DNA of 64,000 nt from Oculina patagonica (Eukaryota): the NCBI RefSeq assembly GCF_052425735.1, contig NW_027558470.1, positions 1 to 64,000 of the forward strand, in the 5' to 3' direction. Under the pieces are notes generated by a model that worked only from the letters and a program-made list of their open reading frames with translations, was not told the DNA's origin and did no database searches. Shown here piece after piece: positions 52,366-61,742 of the stretch (position 1 is its first letter; each line of letters starts with the position of its first letter). A program made the translations under genes and the position numbers.

Positions 52366-52813
52366 AGTAGTAGTATAGGTTCCAAATTAGCCGGATTTTA
52401 ATTTATTCAAAATGGCCGCCCATACAAACCCTTGTAAAATGTGAGAAGTGAACGTGAGGTGCTAAGGAGGAGTCCAAAAACGAAAATGAGGTGCACATAC
52501 CCCGGTTTTAATTTATTCAAAATGTCCGCCCCATACAAACCCTTGTAAAATTTGAGAAGTGAGCGTGAGGTGCTAAAGAGGAGTCAATAAACGAAAATGA
52601 GGTGCACAGTGCATGTCATGTGAATAGAGAAAAATGATTTTTTTGAACTGCATTGTTAATTTTTCGTAATGACTTGGCACACAAGCATTTTTTGAGGTGC
52701 ACAGTTCATGTCATGTGAATAGAGTAAAATGATTTTTTTTTGAACTGTGTAATGAAACTTGCCACAAAAGCATTTTTTATGGCAGCCGCGCGCAGCGCGA
52801 CTGCTGCTGCCTC

Positions 52814-52845
<32 letters not shown>

Positions 52846-52850
52846 CGGCG
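52366..52850. repeat. Polinton terminal (TIR) region with internal direct repeats
   Basis: (AGT)3 end; ~110-bp pair 52391-52497 / 52502-52607; ~55-bp pair 52598-52650 / 52692-52748; (GCC)n at 52815-52845. Confidence 0.75.
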
Positions 52851-52942
52851 GTTAGCTATGTTCGCATTGGCAAAAACCACCACAAGACCATTTTCAGTTG
52901 TTAAAAATACATTTTATTGATTAACAAACAAAGTTTTTTTTT

Positions 52943-53497
52943 TTACAAACAAAGTTCAGTCTCCCAATCTTCGTCCGGTGTGACTGTCCATTGCCAAAAC
53001 GCCTGACATTCCACCATGGCACAGTGTCCCAACGCTTGTACTTTGTGCTGTCCGCAGTCTTGAATGATAGAGATATTGTCTAATTTTTCAAATTTGGGGC
53101 ATCCAAAATGTTCCAAGTTGATGGCAGGTAGATCCAATTCTCGTAATAAATTCTTTTCCACGTGGCCACCTTTATATGCTACTAGGAATCGTTCTAGGGT
53201 GCGGCTTTGTTGGTACACTTCTAATACGTTGCCTTTCAGGTCCTCTAGAGAACGAGCATTTTCCCGGGGATCTTCTTCAAACGGTAACCCATGAATGCGA
53301 TGGTAAACGTACTTGGCCGTTTGTCTGTCAAGTGGGGTTAATGCTTTCCAGCGAAAGGGTTGTTGGTAATGGTTGACTCCAACATCACCTCTCCAGGTGG
53401 TCCAACCGAGTTCACGTGGATAAAATTTTTTGTCGATAAAATAGCCCTCTAAATCGATTATGAGGCACACGTTTTGAAGAGCACCTTTACGCTGCAT
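52943..53497 (-). CDS. DEDDh-like 3'-5' exonuclease with Zn-binding E/C/H/C (arenavirus NP / Maelstrom-like)
   Basis: IIDLEG..FYPRELG, HGL, KGGHVEKNLL, CGQH, HCAMVEC; likely start MQRKG at 53497, downstream of a TATAAAA. Confidence 0.75.
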   Translation of the reverse strand: MQRKGALQNVCLIIDLEGYFIDKKFYPRELGWTTWRGDVGVNHYQQPFRWKALTPLDRQTAKYVYHRIHGLPFEEDPRENARSLEDLKGNVLEVYQQSRTLERFLVAYKGGHVEKNLLRELDLPAINLEHFGCPKFEKLDNISIIQDCGQHKVQALGHCAMVECQAFWQWTVTPDEDWETELCL

Positions 53498-53577
53498 CGT
53501 GATGTGTAGAATGAATGTCGATGACGAATGTGTTGCTTTTTTTTTATACTTTTTTGACAATGACTCGTTTACAAAAT

Positions 53578-54363
53578 TCACTCTTGAATCCAATTGCGAG
53601 GTTTCTGCCAAACACGGGGCTTAGAATAACCTTTTCCTCGCTGTCTAGGGTAGAGGTTTATGAGTTGTTGATACAATTTGTTGCGCCGACGTAGCGAATC
53701 TTCTCGAGCTTGGACGCGTTTCCTGTGCTCCTCTTCCTTGCCCATGATGAGTTGATTCAACCAAAAGGGTGGATCCGAATGGTTCAAAAACTCGTCTTGC
53801 TCCTTGATGGTTTGCACGTTGCCCTCCACGATCTGCCAATTTCGGTCGGCTTTCTTGATTTTTTCCTCGTCCTCCGTGCGGAGGGCTTGCTCCATCTCTT
53901 GCTTGGCCTGTTGCCTATACCATTCAAGATCCTTGTCCAATTTGTCGTAGTGGTCAAGCACTTCCTGAGGCGACCGGAGGTTGGCGTACCACATCGCAGG
54001 GATGATTTTTGATTTTTCTTCTTTCTCTGGAGGAGGAAGAGGAGGACCTGCTATTTTTTTCGTTGGGGCAATCCGTTTTAGGCTGTTGGGTTGAAGTCGT
54101 TGCAGTTGACGTTGTAGGTGAAAGTAATGGCTGCTGTCGACACCATCCCCTGGTAGGGATGCAGGCACGCCTTGTCCTTCGACCTGTTTCATGTCGTTCA
54201 TGAGTTTCCTCATGCGATCCACGTGAGGGGCATTGACCAATCGATCCACCACCAAGCGTCGTTGCCAAAATTGATCCATGTTGTCTTGGGCGACCTGACC
54301 TCCTGTTTGATCGCTTGAGGGTTTAGGGATCAAGATCATCTCTTGGGCATATTTTTCGCTCAT
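53578..54363 (-). CDS. Polinton hypothetical protein, 261 aa, coiled-coil
   Basis: Intact ORF, ATGA overlap with the upstream gene; QTGG and QRGKG motifs. Confidence 0.75.
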   Translation of the reverse strand: MSEKYAQEMILIPKPSSDQTGGQVAQDNMDQFWQRRLVVDRLVNAPHVDRMRKLMNDMKQVEGQGVPASLPGDGVDSSHYFHLQRQLQRLQPNSLKRIAPTKKIAGPPLPPPEKEEKSKIIPAMWYANLRSPQEVLDHYDKLDKDLEWYRQQAKQEMEQALRTEDEEKIKKADRNWQIVEGNVQTIKEQDEFLNHSDPPFWLNQLIMGKEEEHRKRVQAREDSLRRRNKLYQQLINLYPRQRGKGYSKPRVWQKPRNWIQE

Positions 54364-54941
54364 GTTTCCAAAGCTTTCAAACCAGCCCGCAGAAACGGGA
54401 GAAGACGTGCTCCCAAGGCAAGTAAGAGGGCTCGCCGTTCGTACAAAGGTGTGGTTAGTCCACTCAAACGTCTTATCTCTCTTATATGCTTTTTCAAGGG
54501 AAGTTTTATCTGGGACGGTATCGGGATCACACCATCGTACAAGTTGCGTATCACGTCGGTCAGGGCACGTAGTTGGTCATTGCTGGCTTCGTGAATTTCT
54601 CGTCGCCATGTGGCACCATCCCCACTAACCAAGTTGAGTAGAAAAGGTTGGTGAGCTGCCACGCGCCACGCACCACTGCCCGTTTGTTTCTTCTTTTTTG
54701 ATGTCACCACTCCGCCTAGCAGAGCACCCAGACCTGCCAAAGGTAGTAAGCCGGCAGCCAACAATCCCTTGGTACCCATTTTACGTTTGAGTTTTCCGTA
54801 GGCACTTCCTACTTTGTTGCCCGAGGAACGGGCTTTAGCAGGACGTGTAAACCCTCGATTAGCTCGCTTGACTGCTACCGATGAAGTGGAAAAGTAACGA
54901 TTGGTGGGAGTACGTCGGAAGGCTTGTAACGGAGGTGCCAT
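54360..54941 (-). CDS. Basic putative virion core/membrane-active protein, 193 aa
   Basis: K/R-rich N-terminus, hydrophobic GLLAAGLLPLAGLGALLGG, QTGSG, then a helical QLRALTDVIRNLYDGVIPI..LKKH..IRRL domain of a kind recalled from Polintons. Confidence 0.75.
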   Translation of the reverse strand: MAPPLQAFRRTPTNRYFSTSSVAVKRANRGFTRPAKARSSGNKVGSAYGKLKRKMGTKGLLAAGLLPLAGLGALLGGVVTSKKKKQTGSGAWRVAAHQPFLLNLVSGDGATWRREIHEASNDQLRALTDVIRNLYDGVIPIPSQIKLPLKKHIREIRRLSGLTTPLYERRALLLALGARLLPFLRAGLKALET

Positions 54942-54990
54942 GGTTCATTAATAAACCTTCCAGATGCAGCTTCTTTATATCCTTTTTTTC

Positions 54991-55377
54991 TCACTGCTGT
55001 AGACCAGAAAGCAGTGGTTTGAGCACCAGCGGAGCTAAGGCCATGCCTGCCATTGCAGCCAGAGGTCCCAATCCTCCCTGTTGTGATTTTTGTTTACAGC
55101 GTTTCATTTTCTTCCTGATTCCTCCACCTTTCTGTTTGGATCGTGGTATGCGAAGATAAGTGGACGGTGGTAAATGATTAGGCAAACCAATCATCTGCGA
55201 GTTGCCCGGTAAACTAAACTTTCCACCGCCTTGACCCGTCAAGCCTGGTACCATGCTGTTCAACACATTGCTAGCCATGTCGGTCACGATGGGAGCCAAC
55301 GAGAACATGGCTAGTTGCTGAGCAAAAGGGCCGAGCCCTCCTTCCTGACGTCGACGTTTTCGTCTTACAGCTGGCAT
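54991..55377 (-). CDS. Putative core precursor, 128 aa, four QxGG sites
   Basis: RRKRRRQEGG, QGGG, QKGG and QQGG separate basic and hydrophobic segments. Confidence 0.75.
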   Translation of the reverse strand: MPAVRRKRRRQEGGLGPFAQQLAMFSLAPIVTDMASNVLNSMVPGLTGQGGGKFSLPGNSQMIGLPNHLPPSTYLRIPRSKQKGGGIRKKMKRCKQKSQQGGLGPLAAMAGMALAPLVLKPLLSGLQQ

Positions 55378-55412
55378 CGTTGTGTTCTAAACTCGACACG
55401 CAACTCGGACTT

Positions 55413-55916
55413 TTATACCTTTTGCGACAAGAGCGTTCCCAACAAGGCTGTCGGTACTGCTGCCAACACGCCTCCTAGTGCTGCTGCTGTCCCGAGTTTG
55501 CCCGTTAAGGTGGTGGGGGTCAGTGTACGACGCACATTCCACATGGCTCTGTTGACACCTCGAGCCAGTTGTTGCGATCTCATATTGGCCAAGGCTCTAG
55601 AAGCTGCTCTTCGTCTTTGAGGATTGGTAGGATGACGAGCGCGGATGGCTCTCTGCATCTGAGCAATGCGTGACGGTGATGGTCGAGGTCCGGGGTAGAT
55701 GCCTCCCTTCTGTCCTCGCTTCCGTTGTCTTTTGGTTGCCAAAACGCTGCGTCGTCCAGTTGTCGCCTCGCTGGCATCTTGAATGCGAACGTCGTACTCG
55801 TCGCCTCGTAGCACGTAGTGAGTGCCTGGCATCCCCGCACCCCAAGGTGCTTGTAAAGAGCGAGGAGGACGTGGAAATGCGGAACGTCGAAAGGTGGGTA
55901 ACACAAGAGAATTCAT
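55413..55916 (-). CDS. Arg-rich putative core protein, 167 aa, hydrophobic C-terminus
   Basis: Intact ORF; QKGG; C-terminal LGTAAALGGVLAAVPTALLGTLL. Confidence 0.7.
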   Translation of the reverse strand: MNSLVLPTFRRSAFPRPPRSLQAPWGAGMPGTHYVLRGDEYDVRIQDASEATTGRRSVLATKRQRKRGQKGGIYPGPRPSPSRIAQMQRAIRARHPTNPQRRRAASRALANMRSQQLARGVNRAMWNVRRTLTPTTLTGKLGTAAALGGVLAAVPTALLGTLLSQKV

Positions 55917-55937
55917 TCCTTTTCTGGTCCTGTGTGG

Positions 55938-56633
55938 CTATGACACTCGGCTTTTTATCTTTTTTTCTAGCGGTTGTAGCACGGTGATAGGGTCAGCTTC
56001 ATCTAGCAAAATGTGGGTGCGAAACCTCAATGCTTCGTCAGTCCTGGGATGATGGTCAACCACCAGATACCCAAACGGTTTTTGGGTAGCTTTTTGGTAC
56101 AGTTGCCAAAAGGCTTTGCTATCCCCCAACCAGCGATCACCCAAGGCTTTGACGTATCTGGTATCGGCCGGGTTCTTGAAAAGGACCGTGTAATGGTAGT
56201 TGCGGTTTTGAGTGGCTTGTTCCCGTCCACCTGGATACAGATTTTGCGACAGCGTGATGGCAAACAAGTCTAGATGATGAGTACCCCGCGTTAACAACTG
56301 GGTGACTTGTGGGGACTTGGCAGATTCTTGCATCAAATCATCCAGGATCAACATGCCGGGTCGCTGCGTGGGAGGAAAGAGTTCTGAGATATCCTCGGGT
56401 AGACCTTGGTGAAAGTCCACTCCCAAGGCTTGGAAATGGTCAAAAATGGGTTGCCAGGTCGAGCCATGGCAGTACACGATTTTTTGGAAGTAGCACGGGC
56501 TACCATCTGCGAGTCGAAAATAGACCGGGGCATTGTGTACCAAGCGGTACAGCCAAGTCGTTTTCCCACTCAAAGAGGGACCCACAATCTGCATGTTGCC
56601 CGGAACCCGAAATCGCGGATCGTACGTCGACAT
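55938..56633 (-). CDS. A32/FtsK-like DNA packaging ATPase
   Basis: Walker A GPSLSGKT, Walker B LILDD, TRGTHH, LSQN, VLFKNP. Confidence 0.93.
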   Translation of the reverse strand: MSTYDPRFRVPGNMQIVGPSLSGKTTWLYRLVHNAPVYFRLADGSPCYFQKIVYCHGSTWQPIFDHFQALGVDFHQGLPEDISELFPPTQRPGMLILDDLMQESAKSPQVTQLLTRGTHHLDLFAITLSQNLYPGGREQATQNRNYHYTVLFKNPADTRYVKALGDRWLGDSKAFWQLYQKATQKPFGYLVVDHHPRTDEALRFRTHILLDEADPITVLQPLEKKIKSRVS

Positions 56634-56671
56634 GATGAACACACACACACTTTTTTTTTTTTTTCAACAGT

Positions 56672-57250
56672 TTAATTTATAACTTTTGTAACAGGTTTAC
56701 AACAGTCATAACAACGATGCCTTTGGCGTTCAATACAAATCTGACTATGTCCATGTGCATCAAACAAGTGTCCACCTCTATGCTTTTCAGATGACAACGA
56801 AGGAAATAGGTCATGCATCCGTTGCACGACGGCCGTGTCATTGTAAAGTAAGTTGGTGGGTGAAAAATACTGCACAATCGTTCTCAAAGGCGTGCCGCGG
56901 CATCGATGGTAAAGGTAGTACAAGGTGTGATCTCCGCACACATCAGTGGTCCATTGCTGAATGGGGCGAGGTGTTTGTTCAAAGTCATCAAAGCAACGCC
57001 AACGAGCATCATACGTGTTGGGTGTGATGGCATAACTGTCGAAGAATTCACCGCGACCAGGTGCCCACCAAAAGAGGCCGACCCAATGCTGTCCAGGCAA
57101 GTCGATGGGATCTGTATTGGCAATAGCACATTGCGGATAGGGCGCTTGACAAGGCACTTCGTCGGCACCGTACACGTCTGTGAAAAACCCCCGAATGACG
57201 GGATCGCACTGGCACGCTCTTCTTAAGGACTCTGTATCATGCATTCTCAC
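56672..57250 (-). CDS. Adenain-like cysteine maturation protease
   Basis: NTD..GQHW, FFDSY, Q...VCG catalytic H/D/Q/C set. Confidence 0.93.
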   Translation of the reverse strand: MRMHDTESLRRACQCDPVIRGFFTDVYGADEVPCQAPYPQCAIANTDPIDLPGQHWVGLFWWAPGRGEFFDSYAITPNTYDARWRCFDDFEQTPRPIQQWTTDVCGDHTLYYLYHRCRGTPLRTIVQYFSPTNLLYNDTAVVQRMHDLFPSLSSEKHRGGHLFDAHGHSQICIERQRHRCYDCCKPVTKVIN

Positions 57251-58617
57251 AAGGGAATTGGACCTTGCACTGTACCACGATTGTCGACTTGCAGCAGACT
57301 TTCATCTGTATTATAGAAAAACAGAGCTTGGAGGGTAGGATTTCCACTACTGAAGGTCAGTCGGACATTGACCAGCATACGTAACAAGGGGGTGCTGGAT
57401 TCTCCTCCATCTTGGACTGCCGTCAGATCAAAGGGGACCATGAAGTAACCTTGGTCAAAGGTGTCTGGATTCAGCAGGTAAGCATCTCGTTTGCGTTTGC
57501 CCGAAGCATTCATCAGCAAATCGAAGATCTCGTACTTATCTTGCAGAGATAAGCTGGCTTTGGGAACGGGTACGCCATTGGCAGTGCATTCCACTTGGAT
57601 TCCATTCTGGGGAGTGAAATCGAATGGATTCTTTCCAAAGTGTCCTTGATAACGTTCGTCGTCCACCAACACCAACCAAAACAACCGGGGCGATCGTCCT
57701 CGGAACACGTCGTTGATGTCTATTTGCGTTTGATTGGCTGTCAACTGATAGTTGTCACAACGCATCCGTCGGAAGGGGAAGGTCATCGGGTTGACGACAG
57801 TGGTCTTCTCCACTTGTTCTTCCATGTACTGCATGATGTCTTTCACAGGTACGCGATAGAACACGCGTACAAAGGATTTGTTCACCATCACTTCAAAGGA
57901 CACTTTGTCAGAGGAGGTGGCTGCAGTTCCATCACCATTGTCTTTGTACTTCTTGGCCATCAGGGTAAACTCCGGGTTGTTGAATTCAATGTCAAACTCC
58001 ACTTTGGTGTTGGGAGGTACATTCTGGTCGACTTGAGTGAAATTGCTGGGCATGGGACAGACGTTGAACTCATATTCACCCGTGGTATTCACCATGACTC
58101 GTTGACGGGAGATACCACCGGCATTCATCTTGGCTGCTTCGTCTAGTTTTCCTCCCCACTTGTCCATTTGACCAGCCACATCCCGGTACCACCCTTGACG
58201 CTTCAGCTTGCTCTTTTCATCCCAGGGATCAGACTCCAACAGGGTTCGAAAATACTCTCGATAGGCTAAATTTACCCCTGAGGCAGATTCCGTTTCGGCA
58301 TTATTGACTTTGCAACGCACTTGTCGAATGCAACTGTAGCCAAAGTTATTCACTGGTCCCACGATGAGGTTGGACGTATTGTTATGATAGGCTAGGGCTT
58401 TGGTGTTACCCTCTTTAAACTTCACTCGCAGATGCAGTTCCATTTCTCGAGGACAAAAAGGATAGGGGCGATCGTCGATGCGAAACTGCAATGGGGTGGA
58501 CGAATGCGTCAAGGGTTTGATGTCCTCAAACTGCCACTTGTACTCGGTGGCATCGATCTTCCGTTGCGGTCGGTAGTCGTACTGACCTTTGTCGGCCTGT
58601 AAACTCAAGGACTCCAT
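57247..58617 (-). CDS. Major capsid protein (double jelly-roll, hexon-like)
   Basis: 456 aa, beta-rich; PVNNFGYSCIRQV, AYREYF..LL, GWY.D, NPF.F, YFMVPFDLT motifs; next to the protease. Confidence 0.85.
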   Translation of the reverse strand: MESLSLQADKGQYDYRPQRKIDATEYKWQFEDIKPLTHSSTPLQFRIDDRPYPFCPREMELHLRVKFKEGNTKALAYHNNTSNLIVGPVNNFGYSCIRQVRCKVNNAETESASGVNLAYREYFRTLLESDPWDEKSKLKRQGWYRDVAGQMDKWGGKLDEAAKMNAGGISRQRVMVNTTGEYEFNVCPMPSNFTQVDQNVPPNTKVEFDIEFNNPEFTLMAKKYKDNGDGTAATSSDKVSFEVMVNKSFVRVFYRVPVKDIMQYMEEQVEKTTVVNPMTFPFRRMRCDNYQLTANQTQIDINDVFRGRSPRLFWLVLVDDERYQGHFGKNPFDFTPQNGIQVECTANGVPVPKASLSLQDKYEIFDLLMNASGKRKRDAYLLNPDTFDQGYFMVPFDLTAVQDGGESSTPLLRMLVNVRLTFSSGNPTLQALFFYNTDESLLQVDNRGTVQGPIPL

Positions 58618-58671
58618 GGCGAGGAACTGAACTCAAATGGCACAAGTGTGTTGCCTTTATATCTTTTTTTC

Positions 58672-59445
58672 CTAAGGCAAGCCTTGAAAACAGTGCTGTC
58701 CCGGTCGTCGACGTCGACCCATGCCTACTTGTGGACCAGGAATGATTTCTGGCAACACACCAACGTTACGTCCACCTTGTCGGCGAAACAGTCGATTCAA
58801 TGTCGTGGAGGCACCCGTGATGACTTTGGGACGCTTTCTCTTTCCACTTCCTTTTTGATTCTTGAGTAAGCTAGGCATCAGTCTCAACAGCGAGAGGAAC
58901 CCTCCTTCCTGATAGGGTTCAGTGCCGGATCGATAGGTATCATTGCCAGTTCCACCCAGTTGCTTGACTAAACTTGGAATCAACCCCAAGAGAGGAAGAA
59001 TACCGCCTTGTTGACCTGCAACTTTATCCCCCAATGTGTCCAGGGCTTGACCTACAAATGGAGACACGAGTTCCATGGCCTTTTTTTGCGCCAGATCGGA
59101 TTGGATGGCTTTGCCGGCTCCTAACCTGGCCGCCTTGGCACCTGCCTTACCCAGACCTTTGATCATTTGCCAGGCCACTTCGTCAAAGCCATACCCTCCT
59201 TCTTGCTGTCGCTTCTTCTTCTTTTTCTTGACGGGTTGTTCGGTGTCTTGGCAGTAGGACTGACGAAATCGCTTGGCAGCCTTACAGGCCACTCCTTTGC
59301 CCAAAGAGGTGGCCTCTTGACCTGCCAGGGCCCACAGCGGTGACCACCCCCCTTCTTGATACGCAGGGGTGCCTTGGTCGTAGAAAGTACCTCCTCCTCC
59401 CACTTGCACCCACTGAGATTGGGCGAATCGTTTCTTGACGGGCAT
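58672..59445 (-). CDS. Putative polyprotein core/membrane-lytic precursor, 257 aa, eight QxGG/QxGxG sites
   Basis: QVGG, QEGG x3, QQGG, QLGG, QKGSG and QVGMG flank amphipathic and basic peptides. Confidence 0.75.
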   Translation of the reverse strand: MPVKKRFAQSQWVQVGGGGTFYDQGTPAYQEGGWSPLWALAGQEATSLGKGVACKAAKRFRQSYCQDTEQPVKKKKKKRQQEGGYGFDEVAWQMIKGLGKAGAKAARLGAGKAIQSDLAQKKAMELVSPFVGQALDTLGDKVAGQQGGILPLLGLIPSLVKQLGGTGNDTYRSGTEPYQEGGFLSLLRLMPSLLKNQKGSGKRKRPKVITGASTTLNRLFRRQGGRNVGVLPEIIPGPQVGMGRRRRPGQHCFQGLP

Positions 59446-61742
59446 TATGGAATCTCTCTCTGGCGGAAATACAAGGTCGCTGTCACCACACCACCTTGGA
59501 ATGGTATGGGGCGACCTTGGTTGTCCCTTATATCGATTTCGATGTCGCGAATCTGGTACTGACTCAGTCGGTAAAAAAGCAAGTGTGGAATGAACACGTC
59601 TTCCACCCTCTGTTTGTCCGTGTTTACACCGTGGGTCAAGAGGACTTTGGCCATTTGGGAGCCCACGTAGACCGGTTCGCTGATGTTGCAGTGCACGTAC
59701 ATGTTCTGGAAGGAGTACTTAGAGATGGTGCTCCACACACTCGCTTGGCTGTGTTTGGCCATGGTGTGACTTCGAGTGATCTCCACTTCGGTGGGTTTCC
59801 CGTCAACATCGTGCTTGGTGATTTCCACAATGGGACGATGGGTGTCGGAATGAAAATAGAAGGGTACAGTCCAGGAGTCAAAATCCAAGTAGCCCAAGAC
59901 GCGGGCCAGCCAGGCTGGCAGATACACGGAGAAGTCGGCACTGGGAAAGGTCCACACGTTAAATCCTCGTTCGTCCAAGGTGACTTTTAGCCCACCCAAA
60001 TCGTGCTTCTGAGGCGCATTGGCTTCCATGGCTTGCATCCAACCTTCCACCACATCTTGCACGGTGACATAGGTGCCGGCACGTATAAACATCCTCACAT
60101 CCGGGTGATCCTGGTCGTAGTGGATGCGAAGACCCACTTGCCGATTCAACACGTTGCGCCACGTGTGGGGTAACAGCAGCTGAAACAGCCCCACTTCCCA
60201 CGTTTCGTCCAAGGACCACCTCTCTGGCAGACGCACTCGGAAGTGGGATGGTGAGTTGTCAGGAAACAGGTCCAGTTGCGCATTGCTTTCTAAGGTCACC
60301 CGTCGTCCCCCTTGAAATCGCATGGTGGGTGATAAAGCAGGGCCTTTGTGAAAGTACAACAAGAGTCCAACGAGACCCGTGTAAAATGGAATGCCTAGGT
60401 TGTCGCTGTTTCTTAAATTGACTCGGAGCTGGTTCAGGTGACGAGTCGGAGCAGCCAACGGTCGAAAATCCACGTGCTGTGGGTGATATTCACACGTCTT
60501 GCCATACATCTGACTTTGAAACGGGACCAAGGCCAATGTGTGTCGCTGGTGCTCTCCTGTCATGCTCAATCCCACGATGTCCACTTCCACAAAACACTTG
60601 CTCAAATCTGTATTGGACAAGCTGACCAGCTCCCCGATAGGTGACTCGGGTTCGGGTAGTAGCAGACTTTCACCGTCCTTGAGAACGTGGGTTCCCATCA
60701 GCTCCTCCAAACCGTGATCAAAACGCACGTAGCCCTTGGGTTGTACTTGCAGCAACCATCGACCAGGTTCTAAGTTGAATATGGTCACTGGAAATTCTTG
60801 TATGGCATAGGGGGTCACTGCATTGTTGCTTTTTTGCCACGCCCCCACGTCAAACAGGATTCTCTTGCCAAACATGTAGCGGCGTCGTTTGGGGTGAATG
60901 TCCAATGAAATCCTCACACCTCTCAATGGGTCCTTTCCCTTGTCGAGGAGTCGAGTCACCTCAAAGCGGGCTCGAGTGTTGTTGCCTGTATTGGCGTAAA
61001 CAGTGTTGTGGGGTGGAATTCGCAACGCTCCACGATGATCGGGATCCATTTCTAGGAATCCCATGAGCAGGGCCAACGATTCACCCAGATCATACTGACC
61101 TTCAGCCCATAGGTCGATGGCATAATGTGTCCTGGGACGATGAGGACTGTCCTTGAGTGCCCAAACATACTTGACACGGTGGGGCCCCATCAGCGTCCTG
61201 GTAGCTTGGTTGAGATAACGTTTGACGTCCAAAAAGGTGGTGGGTAAGATCTTGTCGGTTGCCAACCAGGCATCCACCACATCACGACGAAAATAATCCA
61301 ATTTGGGATTGGTGGGAAAGTTTCTGTCGAACGTTTTGGGAGAATCCATGTGCAATTGCCCGTAATAATGCGTGCCTCCAGATAAGGTCGGGAAGACGTA
61401 CAAGCCCAGTCGTTGAACTAAATCTTGTAGCACGTGCTTGACATGTGTAAACTGTTGGTGACGCGATAGTTGAATGGATTGCGATGGAAGACTTGTCTCC
61501 ACACGCCCCACTTGGCAGTGGTAATCGGCAGGCAATTTCAGCACCGCGTTGCCAAAGGAGTGTGTATAATACATACTGACTAGAGCCACTTGCCAGTCTT
61601 GGGACAAGGTCAAGGGAATTTCCAACCCCTGTCGAAAGGCGGAGCGTACTGTCGTCACGTCAGGTTCTAGAGGGTGAGTCCCTTGATCCCCACTGTTCAA
61701 ATACATGATGAAATCATTGTCGCGTTCCCATGGCTTACTCAT
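59445..61742 (-). CDS. Minor capsid (penton) protein, tandem two-domain form, 765 aa
   Basis: Two copies each of L.S...W.V.L....(S/T)(F/W).N and L..+.+.+R...G.PF..G.V...LYF. Confidence 0.8.
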   Translation of the reverse strand: MSKPWERDNDFIMYLNSGDQGTHPLEPDVTTVRSAFRQGLEIPLTLSQDWQVALVSMYYTHSFGNAVLKLPADYHCQVGRVETSLPSQSIQLSRHQQFTHVKHVLQDLVQRLGLYVFPTLSGGTHYYGQLHMDSPKTFDRNFPTNPKLDYFRRDVVDAWLATDKILPTTFLDVKRYLNQATRTLMGPHRVKYVWALKDSPHRPRTHYAIDLWAEGQYDLGESLALLMGFLEMDPDHRGALRIPPHNTVYANTGNNTRARFEVTRLLDKGKDPLRGVRISLDIHPKRRRYMFGKRILFDVGAWQKSNNAVTPYAIQEFPVTIFNLEPGRWLLQVQPKGYVRFDHGLEELMGTHVLKDGESLLLPEPESPIGELVSLSNTDLSKCFVEVDIVGLSMTGEHQRHTLALVPFQSQMYGKTCEYHPQHVDFRPLAAPTRHLNQLRVNLRNSDNLGIPFYTGLVGLLLYFHKGPALSPTMRFQGGRRVTLESNAQLDLFPDNSPSHFRVRLPERWSLDETWEVGLFQLLLPHTWRNVLNRQVGLRIHYDQDHPDVRMFIRAGTYVTVQDVVEGWMQAMEANAPQKHDLGGLKVTLDERGFNVWTFPSADFSVYLPAWLARVLGYLDFDSWTVPFYFHSDTHRPIVEITKHDVDGKPTEVEITRSHTMAKHSQASVWSTISKYSFQNMYVHCNISEPVYVGSQMAKVLLTHGVNTDKQRVEDVFIPHLLFYRLSQYQIRDIEIDIRDNQGRPIPFQGGVVTATLYFRQREIP

